DNA from: Heteronotia binoei | Lineage: Eukaryota | Length of the DNA stretch: 64,000 nucleotides | Assembly: GCF_032191835.1 (NCBI RefSeq) | Contig: NC_083236.1 | Location: 53,134,001-53,198,000 of the forward strand | Direction of reading: 5' to 3' | Part shown: positions 27,678-39,500 of the stretch, piece after piece | Position numbering within the stretch: position 1 is the stretch's first letter | Layout of the letters: every line of letters begins with the position of its first letter | Position numbers and translations under genes: made by a program | Notes under the pieces: generated by a model | The model's database searches: none | Told to the model about the DNA's origin: nothing | Seen by the model: only the letters and a program-made list of their open reading frames with translations

Positions 27678-27757
27678 CGCTGTGTGACACAGAATGTTGG
27701 ACTGGATGGGCCATTGGCCTGATCTAACATGGCTTCTCTTATGTTCTTATGTTCTTA
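27675..27757 (+). mobile_element. CR1 3' end fragment
   Basis: Matches the 3' UTR of the 1186-1864 copy, with a (ttcttatg) tail; related copies at 28351-28500 (-), 47225-47380 (+) and 20930-21048 (+). Confidence 0.75.
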
Positions 27758-29668
27758 CATATTTTATGCAGTCTGACATTCAGACAATGTCTTAAAATTT
27801 GCTTATGGTATGTAATTTTTTTATCAAATGTTATACATTTTACAAATGGTGTACAGGCAGCTTGACCCACTTTTCCACTGCTCCTCCCAAAACTCCATCC
27901 TCCCCAGGCTCCACCCTCAAATCTCCAGAAATATCCCAACTCAGAATTGGCAACGCTAAATAGCAGTCTGGGAAAGAGATTTGGTATGGCACTACCTTAC
28001 TCGTTTTAAGCTTTCCCAGGCTAGTTTTCTTGGTCATAGTCCTCTGGACAGCTTGGATAATAGGGTTGCCAGTTTCAGACTGGGAAATACCTGGAGATTT
28101 TAAAGGCAGAGCCTGAGGAGGGTGCATTGAAGGGAGGGGCTTCAGTGGGGTATAATACCATAGTGTTCACCTTCCAAATTGGCCATTTCCTCCAGGTGAA
28201 ATTATCTCTTTTGCCTGGAGATCAGTTGTAACCCCAGATCTCCAGCCGCCATCTGGAGATTGGCAACCGTATCATTGCTTGATTAGTTACTGCCGTTTCC
28301 ATCGTCATGACCTATTAATTGTTTCAGCTTGATAAGGTATAAATTCCATTTAAGAACATAAAAGAAGCCATGTTGGATCAGGGCAATGGCCCATCCAGTC
28401 CAACACTCTGTGTCACAGTGACCAAAAAAGCCAGGTGCCATCAGGAGGTCCACCAGTGGGGCCAGGATATTAGAAGCCCTCCCACCATCCCCCCCCCACA
28501 AGTTCCAATTTCAAACCTTTTTTTTTTTTCATGCAGGGTTCTGAATCAACAAGCTTCTGGTCTGTTGAAATGACAGTTGACTCACCTGTCCTTTATTCTC
28601 ATTAGTTAATCAATTTGTAAACTACGAATTTCTCATCTGTTTTGTTGCTTTCATTAACCCATTATGAGTAACCACGCACAAATGTGATCTGCATTGCAGA
28701 TAACTCTCCCTTAATCTTCTTTCTGGATATTTCCAAGCAGTTACAGAAGATTAATAAGACAGTTTTTCCTCACAGAGGTTTTTAATGTTGGCTTGTCTTT
28801 GACATTTTAAATCCATGCAGCCATTTTGTATAATATTATGGGAGATTTACCATGTAATGAAAAGATGTTTGCTTATCCTGTTATAGCCAGAATCTGTGTC
28901 AGTGGTATATTTAACTTCCAAGGGCTGTTATAGAATAATATTTATATTTCATTAAACATATATAATAAACTACTTTGTTTAAAAAAAAGGTCTCAAAAGG
29001 CAATGAACTAAGGTAAAACTCTTTATTTTAATGTAGCGTCACTTTATGTTTTTAAGTTCAAGATGCAAGATAATGATGTCTTTGACTGGATTACTTTTGA
29101 TTTTGTATGTGAGCTCTCGCTTTTTAAAAACAGCATTGGGGTGTAGCTAGATATGACACAGCTCGTGTCATGCGAATTCAGGTGGAAGGTGAAGTTCAGA
29201 GTTTTGACAGTGTATTAATATGGTTGCCAGGTCTGACTCAAGAAATATCTGGGAACTCTGGGGGGTGGAACCAGGAGCAAGGGTGCAACAAGCACAACTG
29301 AACTCCAAAGGGAGTTCTGGCTATCACATTTAAAGGGACCGTACACCTTTTAAATGCCTTCCCTCCATTTGGAAATAATGAAGGAAAGCGGCACCTTTTT
29401 AGGGGGCTCATAAAATTGGACCCCGTGGTCCGATCTTTTTGAAACTTGGGATAAGTTTTGAGGAGAGATACCAGATGCTATGCTGAAAATGTGGTGCCTC
29501 TACCTCAAAAAACAGCCCCAGATACCCACTGATCGATTCTCCATTATACCCTACGGGAATTGGTCCCCATAGAATATAATGAGCACCCAGCAGACATTCT
29601 CCCCCTGATGTCCCTGAAGCGGGGGAAGGCCTCCAAACTGGGGGATCCCCTGCCCCCAACTGGAGATT

Positions 29669-31633
29669 AAGTCAAGAACAAGAGAGAAGTCACTTCAGGA
29701 TTAGAACAAACACAACCACGAAGGTTATAGTGACCCAATAACGAAATGATGTTAAAGTACAATAATCATAATATACGCAAAGTACAATTGAAATCATAAA
29801 GAACATGGAGTCCCAATGTGCGGGGAATCGACTTGAAACATCCTGCTTCCATCCTTCTTCAAGCATTGGGTGCTCCTTCCATAACAGTTATATAAAAAGT
29901 TCCTACTTCAAAAAACTTAACAATGATTCATCCGACCTGTCTTATAACTGCAGATAATATAAACACTTTCATAAAAGAACTACAAAGTTTCCAAAAGTTC
30001 ATTGAGGCTGTATGAGCATTGTGCCTGCTTTGAACTTTTGGAAACTTGTAGTGCCTTTATGAAAGTGTTTATATTATTTGCAGTTATCAGATGCGTCGGA
30101 TGAATCATTGTTAAGTTTTTTGAAGTAGGAACTTTTTGTATTGTGGAAGGAGCACCCCATGCTTGTTGGTTAAAACAATTTTTATTTAGTAACCTATGGT
30201 AACAATATCTTATTCCTGCATCATTAATAACTTCTTTTTATCTATCCCATATATTACTTTCTAACCACCCCTCCCCCCGTTACTTGACCCCCGCCGGTGT
30301 TATTTACTTATAATACTAATATTAAAAGGTACCCTTAACTAATAAAAACAAATATTTACATTCTTCTTCCTTCTAAGACTTAATCATTATCAAAAATTGT
30401 CCAATGTCCTTTTATTTTCCACTCTTTTTCTACATATCTTCTGAACTTTTCCCACTCCATCTTAAAAACTTCTAAGTCATAGTCTCTTAAAATTCTTGTT
30501 AATTTGTCCATTTCACTCCATGTCACTTTTACAATCCAAGCCCATTTCTCTGGTATTTTTTTCTTGCTTCCACAACTGCGCATATAATGTCCTAGCAGCT
30601 GAAAGCAAGTACCAAATTATAGTTCTATCTTCTTTTGGAAATTTTTCGATTTGTAATCCCAACAGAAAAGTCTCTGCAATTTTCTTAAATTCATATCCCA
30701 AGATCCTAGAAATTTCTTGTTGAATCATCTGCCAATACTTTTTTGCTCTTTCACAAGTCCACCACATATGGTAGAAAGAACCTTCATGTTTTTTACATTT
30801 CCAACATCTGTCTGGCATCTTATTGTTCATCTTTGCCAACTTTTTAGGAGTCATATACCATCTATATACCATTTTAAAACAGTTCTCTTTAATACTATGA
30901 CATGTCGAAAGCTTCATAGAGTTCTTCCACAAATATTCCCAAGTTTCCATCTGTATTTCTTTATTTACATTTATTGCCCACTTAATAATTTGAGATTTCA
31001 CTACTTCATCTTCTGTAGACCATTTTAAAAGTAATTTATATAGTTTTGAAATTAATTTTTCATTGTCTCCAAGCAGAACTCTTTCCATTTCTGTTTGCTC
31101 TTTTTTTATTCCTTCCGTTTTAATATCATTCTCCACCAAGCTCTTTATTTGTTGCATTTGGAACCAATCATATTTATTATTCTGCTCTTCAGCAGTTTTC
31201 AATTCTGTTTTGCCACTTTGTATTTTTAATGGTTGATTATATGACAACCACGCGTCTCATAACTGCAAATAATATAAACACTTTCATAAAGGCACTACAA
31301 AGTTTCCAAAGTTCAAAGCAGGCACAATGCTCATACAGGCTCAATGAACTTTGGAAACTTTGTAGTGCTTTTATGAAAGTGTTTATGTTATTTGCAGTTG
31401 GATGAATTGGATGAATGGATACGTTGGATGAATCATTGTTGTTTTTCATATAACTGTTATGGAAGGAGCACCCCATGCTTGAAGAAAGATGGAAGCAGGA
31501 TGTTTCAAGTTGACTCCCTGCACATTGGGACTCCATGTTCTTTATGATTTCAACTGTACTTTGTGTATATTATGATTATTGTACTTTAATATCATTTCAT
31601 TATTGGGTCACTATAACCTTCGTGGTTGTGTTT
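29669..31633. repeat. Nested inverted-repeat element of unknown family flanking the L1 fragment
   Basis: ~29708-30085 is the reverse complement of ~31255-31633; ~29862-30166 is itself a hairpin. Confidence 0.85.
30172..31247 (-). mobile_element. 5'-truncated L1-clade LINE (ORF2 C-terminus + 3' UTR)
   Basis: 244-aa ORF with RCWKC...YHMWWTC zinc knuckle and the YRWYMTPKKL motif, continuing via a frameshift (30380-30583); A-rich 3' end near 30175. Confidence 0.88.
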
Positions 31634-32281
31634 GGTGTAGTGGTTAATTGTGTGGACTCCTATCTGGGAGAACCGGGTTTGATTCCCCACTCCTCCAGTT
31701 GCACCTGCTGGAATGGCCTTGGGTCAACCATAGCTCTCGTAGGAGTTGTCCTTGAAAGGGCAGCTTCTGTGAAAGCCCTCTCAGCCCCACCCACCTTACA
31801 GGGTGTTTGTTGTGGGGGAGGAAGATAAAGGAGATTGTGAGCTGCTCTGAGACTCTTGAGTGGAGGGCGGAATATAAATCCAATGTCTTCTTCTTCCCAA
31901 CGGGAGATTGGCAGCCCTATGCATTACCAAAAGCAGTTGCTCTAGTTAAATGACTCGATACTCAATGCACTTTTCCTGTTCTGTGGCATGAAACAACAGT
32001 ACTTCTAATTGCCATTTTTCATCTGTCAAAAATTACTACATATTCCGCGCCCCCCCCCCCCCCAAACAGATAACAGAGAGTGCATCTGTTCGGTCAAAGA
32101 ATGAGACATAAATCAACCCACGTTCAAGCCAGCAGTTTGTGTTATTGGCTGACTGAGGCCTGGAATGAGAACTGGGAATAACAGCTAGCAAACGTTTCCT
32201 TCATCTACCCACAGGAACGGTGTTCTTCTCATTTTAATATCATCTCTTATAGCTTTAACGTTGTCTTCTGAAATTCCACAG

Positions 32282-32440
32282 GCTATCCTGTTGTGCCTAA
32301 GTACTACTATGTGCCAGCAGACTTTGTGGAACTGGAAAAGAAAAACCCTGGCAGCCAGAAACGATTTCCTAGCAACCACGGGCGGGATGGGAAGCTCTTT
32401 TTGTGGGGACAAGCCCTTTATGTCATCGCAAAACTTCTTG
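32282..32440 (+). CDS. PHKB: PHKB coding exon, (G)[52 protein letters not shown]
   Basis: ttccacag acceptor, 159 bp, ttg|gtaagt donor; phase 1-1; FLWGQALY motif. Confidence 0.98.
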
Positions 32441-32928
32441 GTAAGTAGGAAGCGGTGGGAGAGCAGGCTTGGAAGAGGCATGTTCTCATTCCATGCCTCA
32501 GACATCAAATTATTAGAAATGAGTTGTTTCCTGAAGTTCGATTCATACACCATTGTGAATTTTGCAGGCCACATGAAAAAGCGCTCCTCGTGTCTGGATT
32601 TCAGTTGTTGGGCCAGTTCTGATGGGTTCTGAAGTGATTCTTCCTGTTGTGTATACACTGAACCTGTTTTGATTGGAATGAGTCATCTGCCTTGACTGAA
32701 TTTCTCATTAGCTGCAGTTATAAGAAAATTGAACGGCATCGACTTGGGATCTGGGAGTCTCAAAGTGGCTTACAATCACCTTCCCTTCCTCTCCCCACAG
32801 CAGGCACCTTGTGAGGCAGGTGGGACTGAGAGAGTTCTGAGAGAACTGTGATGGCCCAAGGACCTCCAGCAGGCTTCATGTGGAGAAGGAGTGAGGAATC
32901 AAACCCAGTTCTCCAGATTAGAGTCCAC

Positions 32929-33103
32929 CAGGGCTTTTTTTGTAGCAGGAACTCCTTTGCATATTAGGCCCGCTGATGCAGCCAATCCTCCAAGAGCTTA
33001 AAGGCTCTTCGTACAGGGCCTCCTGTAAGCTCCAGGAGGATTGGCTATATCAGGGGTGTGTGGCCTAATATGCAAAAGAGTTCCTGCTACAAAAAAAGCC
33101 CTG
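32929..33103. mobile_element. Palindromic hAT MITE (CAGGGCTTTTTTTGTAGCAGG... hairpin)
   Basis: Near-complete self-complementarity; TSD gagtccac; copies at 13661-13833 (tttattgc/cttattgc), 17594-17764 (gctctcag) and 23819-23987 (cctttgtg/cctttgta). Confidence 0.85.
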
Positions 33104-33538
33104 GAGTCCACCATTAGAGTCCGCCATACTGGGAAATTGCTGGGTGACCTTCAGCCATCCTAACTTGCCTCATAGGATTGCTGTGAGATTAAAATGGATG
33201 AGAATTATGTAAGCCACTTTGCGTCCCCATCGGAGAGAAAGGCAGAGTATAAATGAAGTACGTAAATAAAAATAAATGAATAAATAATATATGCAGTCAC
33301 ATTAATCAGCCCAGAGAGCAACCCATTACCTCCTCCAAGAAAAATATCCATGTTTTAATCTGGTCTGATTTTTAAGGGAGACTTCCTGCAGTTGAGTTTA
33401 CATCTGTATTCTCGTTTAAACCCATCCTTTTGCTTGCCATTCTTTTGCTTGTCCCTACAACAAATTAATGATAAATGAGTGCTAAATGCTTTCAGCTTAA
33501 TAGGTAAAGTGATTAATTGGCGGCGGTTTATTTTCCAG

Positions 33539-33633
33539 TTGACGGTTTAGTAAGCGCTAAAGATATCGACCCGGTGAAGCGTTACATACCTTCCCAAGAT
33601 CAACGCAACGTTAGCATGAGATACTCAAATCAG
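33539..33633 (+). CDS. PHKB: PHKB coding exon, (V)[31 protein letters not shown]
   Basis: ttttccag acceptor, 95 bp, cag|gtatga donor; phase 1-0. Confidence 0.96.
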
Positions 33634-33754
33634 GTATGAGTGCCTTTTACTAAGATGGCTTTTTGTTAATTGATGTTGGGAAACAAACACACACGAAGCT
33701 GCCTCCTTTTGCATCAGACCATTTGGCCATCCCACTAACCTGGATGGCCTAGAC

Positions 33755-34043
33755 CGGGGTGGCCAAACTGTGGCTCTTTCACACATATTGTGTGTGAAGC
33801 CCCCACTGCCCCGTTGGCCAGCTTGGAAAAGGCATCCTTAAATCACTTTTCTAAGCCAGCCGGCAGCATGGAGAATGCATTGAAAATTAAAGTTGCTTTC
33901 CTTCCACCTTTCCCTCCCTTCAGCTGTTTGCCTTCTGTCCTTCTTTCCCTCCCTCCAACATCTGATGTTCATGTCTTGCAGCTCTCACACATTTGACATT
34001 TATTCTATGCGGCTCTTACGTTAAGCAAGTTTGGCCACCCCTT
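33755..34043. mobile_element. Same hAT MITE family, complete, inserted into a 5S-SINE head
   Basis: TSD gcctagac/gcctaggc; other copies at 2868-3159 and ~9800-9985. Confidence 0.8.
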
Positions 34044-34530
34044 GCCTAGGCAAACCCAGTCTCATCAGATCTTGGAAACTAAGCAGGATCTGGTTAGTAT
34101 TTGGATGGGAGACCACAAAGGCAATGGCAAATTACCTACGAATATCTCTTGCTTGAAAACCCCACAGCGTTGCCTTAAGTCAGCTAAGATTTGATGGCGC
34201 TTTGCATATACACGGACACACACAACGTTGGTCCATCAAGGTCAGTATTGTCTGTTGCAGCTGGCTGGCATTGGCTCTCCAAGGTCTCTTTCACATCACC
34301 TGCTTACCTGAACCTATTTATTTTATAGGAGGTCCTTCTGCATGCAAAGCAGATGCTCTACCACTTTGCCACAGGGCTTACTAAGATACTGTCATCGAAT
34401 GTTCCTTACAAGTACATAATGTGTTGAAGCTGTAATAGGGCTTCAGGAATCTGTGCAGCTGTATATTCCTTACAGATTAAAGGGTCTGTTGTTAAATTGC
34501 TCATTGATGTTTTTGCTGTCAGAACAGATG

Positions 34531-34792
34531 TGCTGGGGCAGGCTTCCGTTTCTGCACGGAGCAAGCTGGCTATTTTGCACCAGTTGCTCCACGCCGCCAT
34601 TTTGTGCGGGGCAAACTCACGATTTGCCACCCTGCAGTGTAAACCTGAAAAAGCAAGTTTACAATGCGGTTCGGCAAATTGCGGGTTTGCCCCGCGCAAA
34701 ATGGTAACACGGAGCAACTGGTGTGAAATCGCCAGCTTGCTCTGCACAGAAACGGAAGCCTGCCCCGGAGCAAGGTGAGTGCAGAATCAGCC
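34531..34792. mobile_element. Foldback MITE (~115-bp arms, left end truncated)
   Basis: tgctggggcaggcttccgtttctg... / ...cagaaacggaagcctgccccggagca; right terminus gtgagtgcagaatcagcc. Confidence 0.75.
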
Positions 34793-36077
34793 TTTGTGTA
34801 AGGTAACTTCAAATCTACCTTTGTTGCAGAGTTTGAAGGAACAGGTGTGGAAAGCAACGGAGTGCATACCTGGAGATAGAAACCAGCAGTGCCCAAGCAC
34901 GTTAAGAAGCATGGCTTCTGATGCAAAGTTTATTTGGGCTACTGAGGAGGCTGGCTTAAGCCAGTTTCAGCAGCTTAATCAGGTTCTGTTATCAGGTCAA
35001 AGAACAACTAAGTGGATCTTAAAGCAGTGAGATAATCACACCTAGAGCTTGAGTCAAGGTGAAATGGCTCGGTCTCAGCTCAGGAGATGGAGAGAGCATC
35101 CTGCAGGTTATTCATTTTATTAATGAGCTTGTTATATAAAAACACCCCAGTGCATAATAAAACAGGCAAAACATCTGAAGTAGGCAGAGATGGTGTGGGG
35201 GTCAGATGCGTTCAGTGAGCTCAGTCCGTCACTCAACAAAGCGCCTTTCAGACATCCATCTTGAGCGGGTTGTAAAAGATGCCAGCCACAACTCCTCAGC
35301 CACTTTATCTTTTATACTGTGTTAAGCCCTCCTAAACAGAGGAAGTCATAATTTCAAGTAATAAAGAGAAGGATGAGGTGGCGGTATGGTTTTCTTGAAC
35401 TTTGTGTCCCTTTCCATTTACGGCTCTGAGTAGCCTATGTCACCATTGCACATTTGGGGGGGAAATTAAATTCATATGCCTCTGCAGTTCATTTCTACTT
35501 TTTGATTCGGATTGTAGGCAAGACTTCAGGAAAGTCTTGTCTACAAGACTTTTCTGAAGCTGAGCCCTCTTCTCTCCCTTCCTCCCCCACCCAGCAAGGC
35601 AGCTGCTCCCTGGATAGAGACAACTGGCCTTCTCCCCCCCCCCCACTACACTGGGGAAACTTCACTTTGTGGTAGGGTTGTTGACCTTCAGGTGAGGGCT
35701 GGAGATCTGGAATTGCAACTGATTTCCACACTACATAAAGCACTTATCCATCTGTCCGTCCATCTATTCAATTGGTTGCTTTGGAAAAAGAAGAAGAAGA
35801 GGGATTTAGATCCTGCCCTTCACACGGAGTCTCAAAGCAGTTTACCATCTCTTCTTCCTCTCCCCACAAAAGACACCCTGTAAGGTAGGTAGGAGAGCTC
35901 TGAGAGAACTGTGGCTTGCCCAAGGTCACCCAGCGCTGCATGTGGAGGAGGAGTGGGGAATCAAACCTGGTTGTCCAGGTTAGAGTCTGCACTCTTAACC
36001 ACTACCCCAAACTGGCTCTCCACTGGAAGGTGGACTGCAGAGCATCATACCCGATCAAGGTCCTTCCCCTCTCTAAG

Positions 36078-36570
36078 TGTCAGAACTTAAGAACTCCAGG
36101 CAGATCCCATACTTAGTTTCCAAGCTAGGATTTTATTAGAGAGAACTAAGAACTGTTAGATACAAGGTACAAGATAACAGTGATGGCGAGAGCCAGCACT
36201 GGCCCAGTTTTATATAGTAAAACAAACAACCCACAAAGCTTTAATTCACACCGTTACAGGCACATCTGTCTTCCCACCAGTGCTATCAGCAAAGACGTTG
36301 CCTCCTTACTCTGAAGGCCACACGATTCGGCTTCAAAGGGTGTCAGTGTGAGAAAGTACAGAGATACAACATTATTCAGTCTACAGCCCCCAAATACTTT
36401 GGATACCATCGGGGCAGGGTTAACTACTACTCAGGCACTTCAGGTTAAGAAAGGTTACAATATGGGGTCGGTCTGGTTCAACGCTCAGGTCCACTCTATG
36501 CATACTCGCCAACCATCAATTATACTGGTTCTACATTAAGCTAGCAATAATAAAGTTACAAGTTCTGACA
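36078..36570 (-). repeat. 3' LTR (493 bp)
   Basis: Direct repeat of 41679-42171 (offset 5601); adjacent to the polypurine tract. Confidence 0.97.
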
Positions 36571-39500
36571 TACTGCCCCCCCTAAGCGCCCTCCCCCGGG
36601 GGGTGGCGGCTTGGGCTTGTGCGGGTACAGCAGGTGAAACTTTTTTAACAATTGCGGCGCAGCTACGTTCTGAGACTCGACCCATTCATCACAGCTCGGG
36701 GGGAAGTGCTTCCACCTGATTAAGTAATACAGTTTCCCCCGTTTGACTTTGGAGTCCAGGATTTCGTGGACTTCATGGTGACTCTGACCCCTCACTGTCG
36801 TCGGAGGGGGCGGCGGAGCCCTGGGATGGAAGGACGTGGCACCAGGGTCTTTCCGGAGTAAGCTGCAATGAAAAACAGGATGGATTTTGCTTAGAGACTT
36901 GGGCAGCTCGAGTTCTGCAGTCACCTTATTGATTACTCGTTTGATCCTAAAAGGCCCAAGAAACTTCAACGCAAGTTTGCGGCAGGGCTGAGGAAGGGGG
37001 AGGTTTTTTGTGGACAAAAAGACAGTGTCTCCCACTCTCAATTCCCATTCAGGAGAGTGTTTTTTATCAAACTGTTTTTTGTAAGCCTTTTTCGCTTCCT
37101 CCAGGTTCTCCTGAATTCCCTTCCAGCTCTCCCGAAGGCCTTCCCACCATTGTTGGCACGATGTGGGTTCTGAGGGGGTGGCAGGGAGGGGAAGCGTTGG
37201 GAAAGGCTTGCCCTCATAGCCATTTATGATTTGGAAAGGAGAGGTTTTAGTAGAGCTGTGAAGGCTGTTGTTGTAGCCGTATTCAGCGAATGGGAGTAGG
37301 TCCACCCAGTTGGACTGTTGGAAGTTAATGAAACAGCGGAGGTACTGTTCTAGAAGGCTATTAACCCTCTCCGTCTGTCCGTCCGACTGGGGGTGGTAGG
37401 CTGAGCTGAGGCCCTGCTCAATACCCGCAAGTTTGCAAAACTCCCGCCAGAAGTTGGCAACGAACTGCGTCCCGCGGTCGCTAATGACCTTGTCTGGGAA
37501 CGAGTGTAGGCGTACAATGTGTGTAAAGAAAAGTTGGGCAAGTTTTTTAGCCGTGGGGAGCTGCTTGCAGGGGATGAAGTGGGCTTGTTTGGAGAATGTA
37601 TCGACCACTACCAAAATAACAGTTTTGCCCTGCGACGGCGGGAGCTCCACAATGAAATCCATAGACACTACCGACCAAGGCCGGGTGGCTGTTGGGAGGG
37701 GCACTAGGTGGCCGGGAGGTTTACCCCCTCTTCGTTTAGCCATCAGACAGGTGGGACATGAGAGGACGAATTCGGAGACGTCTCTTTTGAGCCTAGGCCA
37801 CCAAAACTGTCGGGTAAGGAGGTTGAGGGTTTTGACATAGCCGAAATGGCCCGCCAGGCGGCTGGAATGACAATGCTCTAAAATCTGCTTGCGGAGGGAG
37901 GAGGGCACATAGATCTTTTCGTTGTGCAACAGGAGGCCGTCCTCGCTTTTACGGAGGTTCGGTGGTTGGTCTGCTTCCCGAGCAGTCTCCGCAACTAACT
38001 GAGACAAGAGGTCTGGCTCCGGGGGACCGATCCTCTTCCCGGAGCGGGTGGTGACCCCCCCCGCGATGGCCGAAGGGGGGATAAGGGAGTCCACCACCTC
38101 CTCGCGGAGGCTCTCATGCTGTGGCAGGCGGGAGAGGGCGTCCGCCAAGAAATTCTTGGTACCTGGGATGTGTTTCAGTACAAAGTCGAATTTGGCGAAA
38201 AACCCAGCCCACCGGATTTGTTTTGCAGTCATTTTGCGGCGCCCGGTCAATGCCTCGAGATTTTTGTGGTCAGTCCAGATTTCAAATGGGACTCTGGCCC
38301 CTTCAAGCCAGGAGCGCCAGGTTTTCAAGGCAAACATGACTGCAAAAGCCTCCTTGTCCCACACTGACCAATTTTTCTGCTCGTTCGAGAACTTTCGTGA
38401 AATGTAGGCGCAGGGGCGCAGAACCCCGTTGTCCCCCCTTTGCATTAATATGGCTCCGACGGCGGCGTCGGAAGCATCACATTGAACCACGAAAGGTTTT
38501 AACTCGTCAGGGTGGGCCAACACGGGCTCCGAGGTGAAGAGGCGTTTCAATTCTGTAAAGGCTTTTTGACACTCGGGCGTCCACGTTAGGCGCGCGCCCG
38601 GCTTTTTTGCCTCTGCCCCCTTCCCCTTTGTTTTAAGGAGCTCCGTAAGGGGTAACATGATGGTGGCGAACCCCTTTATGAAGTCGCGGTAAAAATTTGC
38701 GAACCCGAGAAAACTTTGGAGCTGTTTGCGGGTTCGTGGGGGCTCCCAGTCTAGCACCGCTTGAACCTTTGCTGGGTCCATTGACAACCCTTCCCCCGAT
38801 ACTCGGAAGCCTAGATAGTCTAGTTCAGTCTTGTGAAATTCACATTTTGATAGTTTGGCATACAACTTGTGCTTGCACAGGGTGCTCAACACTTTTCTGA
38901 CTAGTGGTACATGTGACTTGAGATCTGGCGAATAGATAATGATGTCATCAAGGTACACCACCACCCCCTTAAACAGGAACTCTCGCAGAACCTCGTTGAT
39001 AAAGTTCATGAATACCCCAGGGGCCCCCTGTAGCCCGAAAGGCATAACCAAGTACTCAAATTGTCCTAGCGGGGTATTGAACGCGGTCTTCCACTCGTCC
39101 CCCTCCCTGATGCGGACTCGGAAGTACGCGTCTCGGAGGTCGAGTTTTGTGAATATTTTCCCTGTGGCCACAGTATTCAATAGGTCCTTAATCAATGGGA
39201 TCGGGTAGGCATTAGACATCGAAATCCCGTTTATCGAGCGAAAATCTGTGCAAAGTCTAAGCGACCCATCCTTTTTCTTTCTGAAGAGGACGGGGGCGGC
39301 ATGGGGGGCTGTTGCCGGTCGTATGAACCCCCGCTTCAGGTTTTTGTCCAAAAATTTGCGGAGTTCCGCTTTCTCCGCCCAACCCATGGAGTACAGTTTC
39401 GCTTTTGGCAGTTGCTGCCCCGGGATCAGTTCGATTGCACAGTCCGTGGGGCGGTGAGGTGGTAACTCATCCGCCTCCTTCTCACTAAAGGCCAGTTTTA

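Noticed and set aside
32185-32658. 157-aa minus ORF and 123-aa plus ORF over a PHKB exon
   Set aside because: Off-frame or antisense readings of the real 159-bp exon.
36348-36539. Identical 63-aa ORF in both LTRs (also 41949-42140)
   Set aside because: It is duplicated only because the LTRs are identical; non-ATG start, antisense to the element, no recognisable domain.
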